32,000 bases of DNA from Candidatus Saccharimonadota bacterium (GTDB taxonomy: Bacteria; Pseudomonadota; Gammaproteobacteria; Enterobacterales; Enterobacteriaceae): assembly GCF_012562765.1 (NCBI RefSeq), contig NZ_CP046226.1, forward strand, positions 330,001 to 362,000. The letters are read 5' to 3'. The position numbers were made by a program, and so were the translations under genes. The notes under the pieces are model-generated. The model was not told the origin of the DNA. It saw only the letters and a list, made by a program, of their open reading frames with translations, and did not search any database. Below, one piece after another: positions 8,698 through 19,732 of this stretch. Every line of letters begins with the position of its first letter. The first letter of the stretch is position 1.

Positions 8698-9471
8698 TTA
8701 TTTTAAACAAAAATTAAATATTTGATTTATAACTATATTAGTTTCTTCAATATGTAAAAAATGACCTGCAGGAATATTATATATTCTTGCTAATGGAAAT
8801 TGATTAAATAAATCTTTATAGTGAAAAATATTAATATAAGAAGATTTTTCTCCTTTTAAAAATAATGATTCTCCTGACCATGTAGGTATAGTTTCCCACG
8901 ATAATATTTTATTATATTCATTATTTAATATAGGTAAATTAAACTGCCATTTACCATTAAAAAATGAATTTAAAAAATATTTTATTATATATTTTTTTGT
9001 TATATAAAAACTCATTATTTCAAAAGCCTTTTTTTTAGTCATTATTTTTAATTTATTTATTTTTTTTAATATAAAAAAAATATTTTTATTATTATAAAAA
9101 TAATTAACAGGAGCTATATCAAGAATAATAATTTTTTTTATAAAATTAGGAATAAATTTAGTTAAAGTCATAGCAATTTTTCCACCCATAGAATGTCCTA
9201 TAATAATAATATTATTTTTAATACTAATATAATTTAGTGTATCTAATATATCTTGAGCCATAATTGTATAGTTCATAATATTATTTTTTGGAGATAAACC
9301 ATGATTTCTTACATTAATTTCAATAATTTTACATTGTAATTTTTGATTTAAGATTTTTGCAATATAATGTAAACTATATGTATTACCAAATAAACCATGA
9401 ATTGTAATAATTGTTATATTATTTTTTTGATAAAAATTTTTTATAGGAATAATAGAGTAATTTAAAATCAT
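8698..9471 (-). CDS. ybfF: Alpha/beta-hydrolase esterase YbfF
   Basis: 257 aa. HGLFGN, VRNHGLSP..MNY..MAQD, the nucleophile elbow GHSMGG and a C-terminal AGHFLH align with E. coli YbfF. It is adjacent to fldA as in E. coli. Confidence 0.85.
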   Translation of the reverse strand: MILNYSIIPIKNFYQKNNITIITIHGLFGNTYSLHYIAKILNQKLQCKIIEINVRNHGLSPKNNIMNYTIMAQDILDTLNYISIKNNIIIIGHSMGGKIAMTLTKFIPNFIKKIIILDIAPVNYFYNNKNIFFILKKINKLKIMTKKKAFEIMSFYITKKYIIKYFLNSFFNGKWQFNLPILNNEYNKILSWETIPTWSGESLFLKGEKSSYINIFHYKDLFNQFPLARIYNIPAGHFLHIEETNIVINQIFNFCLK

Positions 9472-9593
9472 ATTATAATTTATTATATTTAAATAAAAAT
9501 TTTAAAAATATATAAGATATGTTAAAATATATAATATTTAAAAAAAATATATATTTATTATTAATATAATAAATATATGAAACGATATTTTTT

Positions 9594-11216
9594 ATGAAAA
9601 ATATAAATCCTACAAAAACTATTTCTTGGAAAATATTAACAGAACATTTTCAAGATATGAAAAAAATAACATTAATTGATTTATTTAATGAAGATAAAGA
9701 GAGATTTTCTAAATTTTCTATTAATTTTGAAAATGAAATTCTTTTTGATTTTTCAAAAAATATAATTAATGAAAAAACAATTAATAATTTAATTAATTTA
9801 GCTAAAGAAATTGATTATAATCATGCTATTAATTCTATGTTTTATGGCAAAGATATTAATATAACAGAAAAAAGACCAGTTTTACATACTGCATTACGTA
9901 ATCAATATAGTACAAGTACTTTTTTAAATAACGAAAATATATATAATAATATTATTATTAATTTAAAAAAAATTAAAAAAATTTCGGATGATGTAATTTC
10001 AGGACAATGGAAAGGATATAAAAATAATATAATTAAAGATATTATAAATATAGGAATTGGAGGTTCTAATTTAGGTCCATTAATGGTTACAGAAGCATTA
10101 AAACCTTATAAAAATCATTTAAATTTACATTTTATATCGAATATTGATAGTACTCAATTAGTAGATGTTTTGAAAAAAATTAAACCTGAAAATAGTTTAT
10201 TTATTATTTCTTCTAAAACTTTTACAACTCAAGAAACTATTTCTAATGCAAAAAGTATAAAAGAATGGTTCATAGAAAATACCTCTTATATAGATTTTAA
10301 TAATAATATATCAAAACATTTTATTGCTATAACTAATAATATTAATTCTGCTCAAAAATTTGGAATAAATAAAGATAATATTTTACCATTGTCAGATTGG
10401 ATAGGAGGTCGTTTTTCTTTATGGTCATCTATAGGTTTACCAATATCATTATCTATTGGTTTTAATAATTTTAAAAAATTATTAAAAGGTGCTAATAAAA
10501 TAGATAACCATTTTTTTTATAATCCTATTAGATATAATATACCTATTATTATGTCTTTAATAAGTATTTGGTATAATAATTTTTGGAAATCAGAAACAGA
10601 AGTAGTTATACCTTATGATCATTATATGAGATATTTTCCAAAATATTTACAACAATTAAATATGGAATCTAATGGTAAATCTATAGATAGAAATGGTGAA
10701 ATTATAAATTATCAAACTAGTCCTATTATATGGGGTGATGTAGGAACTAATAGTCAACATTCATTTTTTCAAATGTTACATCAAGGAACAAAACTTATTC
10801 CATGTGATTTTATTGCTCCAGTAATTAGTCATAATTATTTAAATAATCATCATAATAAATTAATATCTAATTATATAGCCCAGACAAAAGTATTAGCATT
10901 TGGAAATCAAGATGATAATAATATTAAAAATAATATATATAAATTATGTATAGGTAATCATCCAAGTAATTCAATTTTTTTAAGAGAAATAACACCCTAT
11001 AATTTAGGATCATTAATCGCTTTATATGAACATAAAATTTTTATGCAAGGTGTAATCTTAAATATTTTTTCTTTTGATCAATGGGGTGTTGAATTAGGTA
11101 AAAAAATGGCTAATATTTTAATATCAGATTTAAATAATTCTACAAAATCAACTAATTATGATGAATCAACTAACGGACTAATAAATTTTTATAAATTATT
11201 TAATACATTAAAATAA
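9594..11216 (+). CDS. pgi: Glucose-6-phosphate isomerase
   Basis: 540 aa. MKNINPTKT..W..L..HF, DLF..D..RFSKFS, RPVLHTALRN, IGIGGSNLGP and GGRFSLWSSIGL match E. coli Pgi along its length. Confidence 0.97.
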   Translation: MKNINPTKTISWKILTEHFQDMKKITLIDLFNEDKERFSKFSINFENEILFDFSKNIINEKTINNLINLAKEIDYNHAINSMFYGKDINITEKRPVLHTALRNQYSTSTFLNNENIYNNIIINLKKIKKISDDVISGQWKGYKNNIIKDIINIGIGGSNLGPLMVTEALKPYKNHLNLHFISNIDSTQLVDVLKKIKPENSLFIISSKTFTTQETISNAKSIKEWFIENTSYIDFNNNISKHFIAITNNINSAQKFGINKDNILPLSDWIGGRFSLWSSIGLPISLSIGFNNFKKLLKGANKIDNHFFYNPIRYNIPIIMSLISIWYNNFWKSETEVVIPYDHYMRYFPKYLQQLNMESNGKSIDRNGEIINYQTSPIIWGDVGTNSQHSFFQMLHQGTKLIPCDFIAPVISHNYLNNHHNKLISNYIAQTKVLAFGNQDDNNIKNNIYKLCIGNHPSNSIFLREITPYNLGSLIALYEHKIFMQGVILNIFSFDQWGVELGKKMANILISDLNNSTKSTNYDESTNGLINFYKLFNTLK

Positions 11217-11269
11217 TATCTATCAAATTTAATATTAATAAAATATTTTTAAATAAAATATTAAATATT

Positions 11270-12937
11270 TTAACTATTAAATGATTTAATATTTATTATT
11301 TTATTTAAAATTCTTATTTTTTTAAAATTTTTTAAAATATTTTTCTTTATTATTTTAGATAATTCAATAGTAGAATATAAAGGAAATAATTTTATATTAC
11401 CAATATAATGACTATTAATTTCTCCTTCATTAATTATAGCGCCAACAATATGACGAATTTCAACACCATCTTTTTTACCAATATTAATACTATATAATTC
11501 CATATCTTTATTTTTATAATTTTTTTTATAGTAATTATTTATATTTTTATTTTTTAATTTACTATTTAACTTAATAAATCTTGATTTTTTATAAAATGTT
11601 TTTTTAGGTATAAAAATAGGATCAGGAGGTAAAATTAAAGGTTTATGACCTTGAGCTATTTTTAATAAAGCTATTGATAATAATTCTGAATCTAAATTAT
11701 TTTGATATTGCAATTTATTTAAAATTACTTTATATTTTTCTAAATCTTTAGATTTTAATTCCTTATTTATTTTAATTGAAAATTTTATTAATCTTTTTTC
11801 TGTTAATAATTTTGAATTAGGTAAAAATACTTCTGGAATATGTAATTTTATTTTTCTTTCAATATTTCTTAAAAATCTTTTTTCTCTATTTTCTACAAAC
11901 ATTAAGGCTTTACCGGTTCTTCCAGCACGTCCTGTTCTTCCTATACGATGTACATAAGATTCTACATCTATTGGAATATCATAATTTATAACTAATGATA
12001 TTCTTTCAACATCTAATCCTCTAGCAGCAATATCAGTAGCAATTAAAATATCTAAACTACCATTTTTAAATCTTTCTAAAGTTTGTTCTCTAACATTTTG
12101 ATTCATATCTCCATTTAAAGCTGCACTATTATAACCAGATTGTTTTAATATTTCAGAAATTTCATTAGTTGCATGTTTAGTACGTACAAAAATTAATACT
12201 GCATCAAATTCTTCAGCTTCAAGAAATTTTTTAAGAGCATCTACTTTTCTTCCAAAAGAAGTCCAATAACTTTGGTTAATATTTGGTATTGTATTAATAT
12301 TTGATGCAATTCTAACTTCATGAGGATTATTCATGAATCTTTTTGTAATATTTTTAATTTGTATTGGCATAGTAGCAGAAAATAATGCAATTTGATAACC
12401 TTTAGGTATTATAGATATAATATGTTCAACATCTTCAATAAAACCCATTCTTAACATTTCGTCTGCTTCATCTAAAACTAAACTTTTTAAGTTTAATAAA
12501 TTAACAGTACCTCTTTTTATATGATCTAATAAACGTCCAGGAGTAGCAACAATTATTTGAGGACCTAATCTTAATCCTTTAAATTGAATACTATATGATT
12601 GTCCTCCATATAATACTAATACATTTACACCAATCATAAATTTACTAAACAAAGATATTGCTTTTGATACTTGCATTGCTAACTCTCTAGTAGGAGTTAA
12701 AATTAAAATTTGAGTATTTTTATTAGATATATTAATATTTTGTAATAATGGTAAAGAAAATGCTGCTGTTTTACCACTTCCAGTTTGTGCTATTCCTAAT
12801 ACATCTTTTTTAAGTAATAAAGGAGGAATACATTCTTTTTGTATAGGAGATGGTTTAATATATCCAATTTTATTTAATGCTTTTAAAAGATAATTATTTA
12901 AACCAAGTTTAGCAAAAGTAATTTCAACATTAGTCAT
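11270..12937 (-). CDS. deaD: DEAD-box ATP-dependent RNA helicase DeaD/CsdA
   Basis: Motifs [21 protein letters not shown] and [10 protein letters not shown] are present. The track ORF starts at a GTG at 12946 (MYYMTNVE..). The ATG at 12937 ([13 protein letters not shown]) aligns exactly with E. coli MAEFETTFADLGL. AAGAGG lies upstream. Confidence 0.93.
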   Translation of the reverse strand: MTNVEITFAKLGLNNYLLKALNKIGYIKPSPIQKECIPPLLLKKDVLGIAQTGSGKTAAFSLPLLQNINISNKNTQILILTPTRELAMQVSKAISLFSKFMIGVNVLVLYGGQSYSIQFKGLRLGPQIIVATPGRLLDHIKRGTVNLLNLKSLVLDEADEMLRMGFIEDVEHIISIIPKGYQIALFSATMPIQIKNITKRFMNNPHEVRIASNINTIPNINQSYWTSFGRKVDALKKFLEAEEFDAVLIFVRTKHATNEISEILKQSGYNSAALNGDMNQNVREQTLERFKNGSLDILIATDIAARGLDVERISLVINYDIPIDVESYVHRIGRTGRAGRTGKALMFVENREKRFLRNIERKIKLHIPEVFLPNSKLLTEKRLIKFSIKINKELKSKDLEKYKVILNKLQYQNNLDSELLSIALLKIAQGHKPLILPPDPIFIPKKTFYKKSRFIKLNSKLKNKNINNYYKKNYKNKDMELYSINIGKKDGVEIRHIVGAIINEGEINSHYIGNIKLFPLYSTIELSKIIKKNILKNFKKIRILNKIINIKSFNS

Positions 12938-13087
12938 GTAATACACATGCCTCTTAATTTTAGTGAAAAAAATTAAAATATAAATAATAATTATTTTTTA
13001 ATTAATAGATAATGAATTATATTATAATAATTTTTATGAAATAAAATTTCACATAAATTAATTTTATTAATTATGTGTTTTATTAAA

Positions 13088-13161
13088 ATTTAATAAAATT
13101 AAATTTAATTTTATTAAATTATATTTAACTAAATATTATTTAATAAAATTAAATTTAATTT
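13088..13161. repeat. 24-bp perfect direct repeat (two copies, 13088-13111 and 13138-13161) in the pnp-deaD spacer
   Basis: ATTTAATAAAATTAAATTTAATTT occurs twice, with starts 50 bp apart. Read directly from the sequence. Confidence 0.75.
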
Positions 13162-13376
13162 GTAATTATGTTTTAAAAAAAATAAACATAATCACAAATA
13201 CTTTAAATTATTTAAAATATAACTCAATAACCATTAATAATTATTTAATATTTATTAATTAAAATAATTAATTTTATTATTAAAAATAAACAAAAATATA
13301 AATACAATTTAATTTAAGAAAATTTATATTCAAAAATAAAATTAAAAATTATTTTATTATATAGTATAATTAGATT

Positions 13377-15461
13377 TTATTTTATGGCTGCTTTAATACT
13401 TAATCTTATACGTCCTTGTCTATCAATTTCCATCACTTTTACAAGAACTTTTTGTAGTAATTTTAAATAATCACTAACTTTATTTACATGTTTATTAGTA
13501 ATTTGTGAAATATGAACTAATCCTTCTTTACCATTACCAATAGCAATAAAAGCACCAAAATCTACAATACGTACAACTTTTCCGTTATAAATTTTTCCTA
13601 TTTCTATATCAGCTGTAATTTCTTTTATACGACGAATAGCAAATTTTATTTGTGAATTATTTTTAGCAGCTATTTTTATAATTCCAGTATCTTCAATTTC
13701 TATAATTGTATCAGTTTCTTCAGTTAAAGCTCTAATTACAGAACCACCTTTACCTATCATATCCTTAATTTTATCTGGATTAATCTTTAAAATATGGATT
13801 CTAGGAGCAAATTCTGATATATTTTTTTTGGGTATAGGAATAACTTGTTTCATAACTTCTAAAATATGTAATCTTGCTGATTTTGCTTTAATTAGTGATA
13901 ACTTTATTATTTCATAAGTAATACCTGTAATTTTAATATCCATTTGTAATGCTGTAATTCCTATATTTGTTCCAGCAACTTTAAAATCCATATCACCTAA
14001 ATGATCTTCATCACCTAATATATCAGATAATATTATAAAATTATTTTTATTTTTAATTAATCCCATAGATATACCAGCTACAGCATTTTTTATAGGAATT
14101 CCTGCATCCATCATTGCTAAAGAAGCACCACATACTGATGCCATAGAAGAAGATCCATTAGATTCTGTTATTTCTGATACAATTCTTATTGTATAAGGAA
14201 AATCTTCTATACTAGGCATAACTGGAATTATTGCTTTTTTAGCTAAATTTCCATGACCAATTTCACGTCTTTTAGGAGATCCTAAAATACCAATTTCACC
14301 TACAGCATATGAAGGAAAATTATAATGAAAAATAAAATTATTTGTTCTATCTCCTAATAAATCATCTAAAATTTGTGCGTCTCTTGTAGTTCCTAAAGTA
14401 GCAGTAACTAAAGATTGTGTTTCACCTCTTGTAAATAAAGCAGAACCATGTGTACGAGGTAATATTCCTGTACGTACATCTAAATTACGAATCATATCAT
14501 AATCTCTTCCATCAATACGTAAATTATCATTAAATAATTTTTTTCTAACAATATTTTTTTCTAATTCATAAAAAATTTCATTAATTTGATTATTAGAAAT
14601 ATCATTATATTCTTGTTGTATTAATGTATTAATATGTAATTTAATAGAATTAATTTCATTAATTCTATTAATTTTTTCTTTAATATTATAAGCGTCATTT
14701 AAAGAATTTTTAGAAAGAAAAATGATTCGTTTTTTTACTTCTTCATTAAGTTTAATATATTGCCATTCAAAATTATTTTTTTCAAATTTATCTGTAAATT
14801 TTTGAATGTTATCTATTAAAATTTGTTGTTTATTATGACCAAATATTATTGCATTAAGTATTTGATCTTCATTTAATGAATTAGCTTGTGCTTCAATCAT
14901 CAAAACTTCATTTTTAGTTCCAGTAACAACTAAATCTAATTGACTTTTTTTCATATCTTCTGTAGTAGGATTTAAAATATATTGATTATCAATATATCCA
15001 ACTCTTGCACTACCAATAGGACCATTAAATGGAATACCAGACAAATTTAAAACAGTTGATGTACCAATAATAGCTACTATATCAGGATTAATAGATGTAT
15101 TTACAGACATTACTGTTGCAGTAATTTGAATTTCATTTAAAAAACCTTTTGTAAATAAAGGTCTTATTGAACGATCAATTAAACGAGAAATTAATATTTC
15201 TCCTTCACTTTGTCTTCCTTCTCTACGAAAAAAATTACCTGGAATACGTCCTGCTGCATAGGACCTTTCTTGATAATTTACTGATAATGGAAAAAAAGTT
15301 TGATCTGGTTTTAAATATTTATCTACCATTAAAGTAACAAATACAGCTGTATCATCGATACTTACCATAACTGCTGATGTAGCTTGTTTCGCTATAATTC
15401 CTGTTTCAATAGTTACAATATTATTACCATATTGAAATCTACTAATAATTGGATTTAACAA
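13377..15461 (-). CDS. pnp: Polynucleotide phosphorylase
   Basis: 694 aa, aligning with E. coli PNPase from MLNP.. through the KH and S1 domains ([40 protein letters not shown]). The start codon is TTG (rc of 15459-15461), preceded by AAGGA 8 nt upstream. As I recall, E. coli pnp also starts with UUG. Confidence 0.97.
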   Translation of the reverse strand: MLNPIISRFQYGNNIVTIETGIIAKQATSAVMVSIDDTAVFVTLMVDKYLKPDQTFFPLSVNYQERSYAAGRIPGNFFRREGRQSEGEILISRLIDRSIRPLFTKGFLNEIQITATVMSVNTSINPDIVAIIGTSTVLNLSGIPFNGPIGSARVGYIDNQYILNPTTEDMKKSQLDLVVTGTKNEVLMIEAQANSLNEDQILNAIIFGHNKQQILIDNIQKFTDKFEKNNFEWQYIKLNEEVKKRIIFLSKNSLNDAYNIKEKINRINEINSIKLHINTLIQQEYNDISNNQINEIFYELEKNIVRKKLFNDNLRIDGRDYDMIRNLDVRTGILPRTHGSALFTRGETQSLVTATLGTTRDAQILDDLLGDRTNNFIFHYNFPSYAVGEIGILGSPKRREIGHGNLAKKAIIPVMPSIEDFPYTIRIVSEITESNGSSSMASVCGASLAMMDAGIPIKNAVAGISMGLIKNKNNFIILSDILGDEDHLGDMDFKVAGTNIGITALQMDIKITGITYEIIKLSLIKAKSARLHILEVMKQVIPIPKKNISEFAPRIHILKINPDKIKDMIGKGGSVIRALTEETDTIIEIEDTGIIKIAAKNNSQIKFAIRRIKEITADIEIGKIYNGKVVRIVDFGAFIAIGNGKEGLVHISQITNKHVNKVSDYLKLLQKVLVKVMEIDRQGRIRLSIKAAIK

Positions 15462-15541
15462 AATAAATATCCTTAAATATAATTTTTATTGGAGATGTAA
15501 AATTTTTAATTTAAAAAAATATTAATAGTTTAAAAAATTAT

Positions 15542-15811
15542 TTATTTTCTTATACCTAAATTTTCAATTAATAAGTTATAATTAATTAAATTCTTTTTTT
15601 TTAAAAAATTTAATAATTTTCTTCTATGTGATATCATTTTTAAAAGTCCACGACGACTATGATAATCTTTTTTATGAATTAAAAAATGTTTTTGTAAATG
15701 GTTAATTTTAAATGTTAATAAAGCTATTTGTATTTTTGTTGAACCTTTATCAGTATTATGAATTCTATGTTTTTGAATAATTTTTATTTTATTTTCTTTA
15801 TTAAAATACAT
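15542..15811 (-). CDS. rpsO: 30S ribosomal protein S15
   Basis: 89 aa. GSTKIQIALLTFKINHLQKHF..HKKDYHSRRGLLKM matches E. coli S15. GGAG lies 7 nt upstream of the ATG. Confidence 0.95.
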   Translation of the reverse strand: MYFNKENKIKIIQKHRIHNTDKGSTKIQIALLTFKINHLQKHFLIHKKDYHSRRGLLKMISHRRKLLNFLKKKNLINYNLLIENLGIRK

Positions 15812-15850
15812 AACTTAACTCCATTAAATTATTTATTAATAATGTTAATA

Positions 15851-16774
15851 TTAATTTTTCTGATTTATTAATTTATATTTTATTATATAACTTTTATTAT
15901 CAGTTTTACAAACTCCTATAAAAATATGTTTATTATAAATACGAAAAGTATTATTAATAGTATTATTTATTTTTATTTTTTTACCATTTTTAAGATCATT
16001 AATTAAATTCATAGAAAATTGTAATTTTGGTAAAAAATTTAACATATAATCTGTAGGAAGTAATAATTTATCTAAAAATGAAATATTAAATAAATTATTT
16101 TTATAATTATTTATTAAATTTTGTAATTTTTCAATTGTAACAATATTTTTATTTAAAATAGATAAATGAGATATTTTAATTCTACGTAATTTTATTACAT
16201 GTGCCCCACAATTTAATTTATCTCCTAAATTATCAATAATAGTACGAATATAAGTTCCTTTAGAACAATGTATTTTTAATTTAATTTTATCATTATTAAA
16301 ATAAACTAATTGTAATTTATAAATTGTTACTTCTCTTTCATTTAATAATAAATTAATTCCTGCTCTAGCATATTTATAAAGAGGAATACCTTTAAATTTT
16401 ATTGCAGAGTACATAGTTGGAATTTGTTTTATTTTTCCTCTAAATAAAGAGAGTATTCTATCTAATGTTTCTTTAGAAAAATTTATATTATTTTTTTTTA
16501 TAAGAATACCATCTTTATCAGCAGTATTTGTTTTTTCACCTAAACGAGCTGTAACAATATATTTTTTATCTGAATTAATTAAGTAACTTGTAAATTTAGT
16601 TGTTTCTCCTAAACATATAGGAAGTAAACCACTAGCTAATGGATCTAAAGTTCCTGTATGTCCTGCTTTTTTAGCTTTATATATAAATTTAATATATTGA
16701 AGAATTTTATTTGATGTATATCCGATAGGTTTATCTAATAATAATAAACCATTAATATGTCGTTTATTTATAAT
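15851..16774 (-). CDS. truB: tRNA pseudouridine-55 synthase TruB, full length, with a non-canonical (ATT or ATA) start
   Basis: The track shows only 15851-16414 (187 aa, C-terminal half). The same frame stays open upstream to a TAA at 16781-16783. That stretch encodes the N-terminal catalytic half: ..INKRHINGLLLLDKPIGYTSNKILQYIKFIYKAKKAGHTGTLDPLASGLLPICLGETTKF... It contains the catalytic Asp motif HTGTLDP. There is no in-frame ATG, GTG, TTG or CTG. AAGGA (about 16778-16782, overlapping that stop codon) is followed by AAA ATT ATA, so the 5' end is uncertain by about 3 nt. Confidence 0.85.
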   Translation of the reverse strand: MINKRHINGLLLLDKPIGYTSNKILQYIKFIYKAKKAGHTGTLDPLASGLLPICLGETTKFTSYLINSDKKYIVTARLGEKTNTADKDGILIKKNNINFSKETLDRILSLFRGKIKQIPTMYSAIKFKGIPLYKYARAGINLLLNEREVTIYKLQLVYFNNDKIKLKIHCSKGTYIRTIIDNLGDKLNCGAHVIKLRRIKISHLSILNKNIVTIEKLQNLINNYKNNLFNISFLDKLLLPTDYMLNFLPKLQFSMNLINDLKNGKKIKINNTINNTFRIYNKHIFIGVCKTDNKSYIIKYKLINQKN

Positions 16775-16804
16775 TTTTCCTTATATTTTAATATATTATA
16801 ATTT

Positions 16805-17173
16805 TTACATATTTTTTTTTAAAATATTTTTAATAATATTACTAATATACCTTCCTCTTTCTAAGGAAAAATCAGGATAAAATATTAATTTTGGTATATT
16901 ATGTAATAATATTCTTTTTTTTAAAATATATCTAATATATCCTGTAGTATTATTTAAATAATGAATTGTTTCTTTTAAATTATTACTTATTTCTTCTTTA
17001 TATGGTAACATTATAAATATCTTTGCAAAAGATAAATCTTTTAAAATTAATAAATCAGTAACTGTTATAAACTTATTTATACGAGGATCAGAAATATTTT
17101 GTTGTAAAATATTTGATATTTGTCTTTTTAGTTCATTAGCAATTTTTAGCTGACGATATAAATAATCTACCAT
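16805..17173 (-). CDS. rbfA: Ribosome-binding factor A
   Basis: 122 aa, between infB and truB as in the E. coli nusA-infB-rbfA-truB operon. ..DPR.. and IPKLIFYPDFSLERG are similar to E. coli VPELTFFYDNSLVEG. Confidence 0.85.
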   Translation of the reverse strand: MVDYLYRQLKIANELKRQISNILQQNISDPRINKFITVTDLLILKDLSFAKIFIMLPYKEEISNNLKETIHYLNNTTGYIRYILKKRILLHNIPKLIFYPDFSLERGRYISNIIKNILKKNM

Positions 17174-17216
17174 TATTTTATATACCTTTCTTTATTAAAA
17201 TATTAATTAATAATAA

Positions 17217-19694
17217 TTATTTTCTTTTAATTTCAATATTTTCAAATACTTCTATATTATCTCCTATACGTATATCATTATAATTTTTAATACTAATTCC
17301 ACATTCCATACCATTACGTACCTCATTTACGTTATCTTTAAATCTTTTTAAAGATTCTAACATGCCTTCATAAATTATATTATTATTTCTTAATAAACGT
17401 ATGGAATTATGACGTTTTATTATTCCTTTTAATACATTACATCCTGCAATTACTCCAATTTTTGTAATTTTAAAAACATTTCTTACTTCAGCTAATCCTA
17501 GTAATTTATATTTATATTCAGGAGATAAAATATTATTTATATATTTTTGTATATTATCAATTAAATTATAAATTATAGAAAAATATCTTACATCTATATT
17601 TTCTGCTTCAATTATATTACGTGCAACATTATCAGCTTTTACATTAAAACCAATAATCATAACATTATTTAATGTTGCTAATACTAAAGAAGTATCTGTT
17701 TCAGTAATAGATCCTACACCAGAACCAATAATTTTTATATTTATTTGATTATTAGATAAATTCATTAATATATCTTTAATAACTTTTATAGTTCCTTGTG
17801 AATTTGTTTTTAATAATATATTTAATTCATAAATTTTATTTTTATCTAATTCTAAAAAAACGTTTTTAAAAATTTTTTGTTGATTAGCTATTTTTATTTC
17901 ACGTAATTTATTTTTTCGATATATAGCAACTTCTTTAGCTTTTTTTTCATTACGAACTACTATTATTGTATCTCCTGTATATGGTATACCTGATAAACCT
18001 AAAATTTCTATAGGAGTAGAAGGACCAGCTTGTAATACTTCTATACCTTTTTCATTACGTAATCCTCTTATACGTCCATATTCAAAACCACATAATACAA
18101 TATTACCTTTTTTTAACATACCTTCTTTTACTAATATATTAGCTATAGGTCCTCTTCCTTTATCTAAATAAGATTCAATTACTATTCCCTTTGCCATACC
18201 TTTATTAATAGCTTTTAATTCTAAAATTTCTGCTTGTAGTAAAATAGCATTTAATAAGTCATTAATTCCTGTTCCTAATTTAGCAGAAATATTAACAAAT
18301 ATATTATTACCACCCCATGATTCAGAAATAATATTATAATTACTTAATTGATTTTTAATATTTTTAATATTTGATGTAGTTTTATCTATTTTATTAATAG
18401 CTATGATTATAGGTACTTGTGCTGCTTGAGCATGTTGAATAGCTTCGATAGTTTGAGGCATAACACCATCATCAGCTGATACTACTAAAATTACAATATC
18501 TGTAATTTGTATTCCTCTTAATCTCATTGATGTAAAAGCAGAATGTCCTGGAGTATCAATAAAAGTAATATTTTTATTATCTTTTAATTTTACTTGATAA
18601 GCTCCTATATTTTGTGTTATTCCTCCAATTTCATTAGAAGCTATTTGAGTTGAACGAATATAATCTAATAAAGAAGTTTTACCATGATCTACATGTCCCA
18701 TAACTGTAACTATAGGAGATCTATAGACTGGTATTTCATTATTATTATCTCGATCATTAATTAAAGATATTTCTAAATCATTTTCATGATAAATAATAAC
18801 TTTATGACCCATTTCTTCTGCTATTAATTGAGCAGTTTCTTGATCTAAAAATTGATTAATATTTAATATTTTTTCTCCCATATTTATCATAGTTTTTACA
18901 ACCTGAGAACTTTTAACTGCCATTTTATTAGCTAATTCTGTTATACTAATATTTTTATTAATAAAAACATCACGGTTTATATGTTTAATAGGTTTATTAA
19001 AATTTTGATATAAAATATGAGTATTATTTTTAGTAATATTTTTAGTATTAGAAGAAATTTTATGATCTTCTTTATTTATTCTATTATTTTTATAATATTT
19101 TTTTTTACGAGTAACTTTATTATTTTTCATATGATAATTTAAATTTATATTTTTTTCATTTGAATTTTTTTTATTATAAAAATTTTTTATAAAAGAATTT
19201 TTTTTATTAATTATTTTAAATTTATTTTCTATTTTTTTATTTATTATATTATCTTTTTTATTTTTAATTCCTATATGGTTATTAATTTTATTTTTTTCCT
19301 GTATATTTAATTGTAGCTGTTTTTTTTCTAATAAAAAATTATTATTTTTATTAATAGGTTTAATTTCTTTTTTATTAATATTATTAGATAATATATTATG
19401 ATTTTTTAATATTATTTTTTTTTTACGTATTTCAACTTTTACAGATTTATTTTGACCTTTATTATTTTGTATATTTAAAACACTATGTATTTTTTTTTGT
19501 AAAGTTAATTTTTTATTAAAATTATTTTGTATATTATCTAAGTATATAAAAAGTTTTTCTTTTTCTGTTTGATTTATTAAATCATTTTCTGATTTGATGA
19601 TATTAATATCAGAAAATTTCTTAATTAAATTTTTTACTGACATTTGAATTTCAACAGCTAAAGATTTTATAGTTATAACAACATTATCTATCAT
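17217..19694 (-). CDS. infB: Translation initiation factor IF-2
   Basis: 825 aa. The G domain is present: [21 protein letters not shown]. The C-terminal domains are conserved. The N-terminal ~240 aa are N/K-rich low complexity. ATG start with GAGGAG upstream. Confidence 0.97.
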   Translation of the reverse strand: MIDNVVITIKSLAVEIQMSVKNLIKKFSDINIIKSENDLINQTEKEKLFIYLDNIQNNFNKKLTLQKKIHSVLNIQNNKGQNKSVKVEIRKKKIILKNHNILSNNINKKEIKPINKNNNFLLEKKQLQLNIQEKNKINNHIGIKNKKDNIINKKIENKFKIINKKNSFIKNFYNKKNSNEKNINLNYHMKNNKVTRKKKYYKNNRINKEDHKISSNTKNITKNNTHILYQNFNKPIKHINRDVFINKNISITELANKMAVKSSQVVKTMINMGEKILNINQFLDQETAQLIAEEMGHKVIIYHENDLEISLINDRDNNNEIPVYRSPIVTVMGHVDHGKTSLLDYIRSTQIASNEIGGITQNIGAYQVKLKDNKNITFIDTPGHSAFTSMRLRGIQITDIVILVVSADDGVMPQTIEAIQHAQAAQVPIIIAINKIDKTTSNIKNIKNQLSNYNIISESWGGNNIFVNISAKLGTGINDLLNAILLQAEILELKAINKGMAKGIVIESYLDKGRGPIANILVKEGMLKKGNIVLCGFEYGRIRGLRNEKGIEVLQAGPSTPIEILGLSGIPYTGDTIIVVRNEKKAKEVAIYRKNKLREIKIANQQKIFKNVFLELDKNKIYELNILLKTNSQGTIKVIKDILMNLSNNQINIKIIGSGVGSITETDTSLVLATLNNVMIIGFNVKADNVARNIIEAENIDVRYFSIIYNLIDNIQKYINNILSPEYKYKLLGLAEVRNVFKITKIGVIAGCNVLKGIIKRHNSIRLLRNNNIIYEGMLESLKRFKDNVNEVRNGMECGISIKNYNDIRIGDNIEVFENIEIKRK

Positions 19695-19732
19695 GCTGTT
19701 TGTTTACTCCTCTATTTTAAAAAGTAATTTAG

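Noticed and set aside
11242-11262. A/T-only short hairpins near gene ends: 8-bp stem at 11242-11262 (pgi/deaD), 9-bp stem at 22093-22121 (after ftsH), 9-bp stem at 25009-25033 (after rpoC)
   Set aside because: The stems have zero or one G:C pair and lengths expected by chance in about 90 percent A/T spacers. I cannot support them as terminators without 3'-end data.
18975-19485. Long Asn/Lys-rich low-complexity region in the IF-2 N-terminal part
   Set aside because: It corresponds to the poorly conserved, dispensable N-terminal domain of IF-2. Its composition is what A/T mutational bias produces, so it is not a novel domain.
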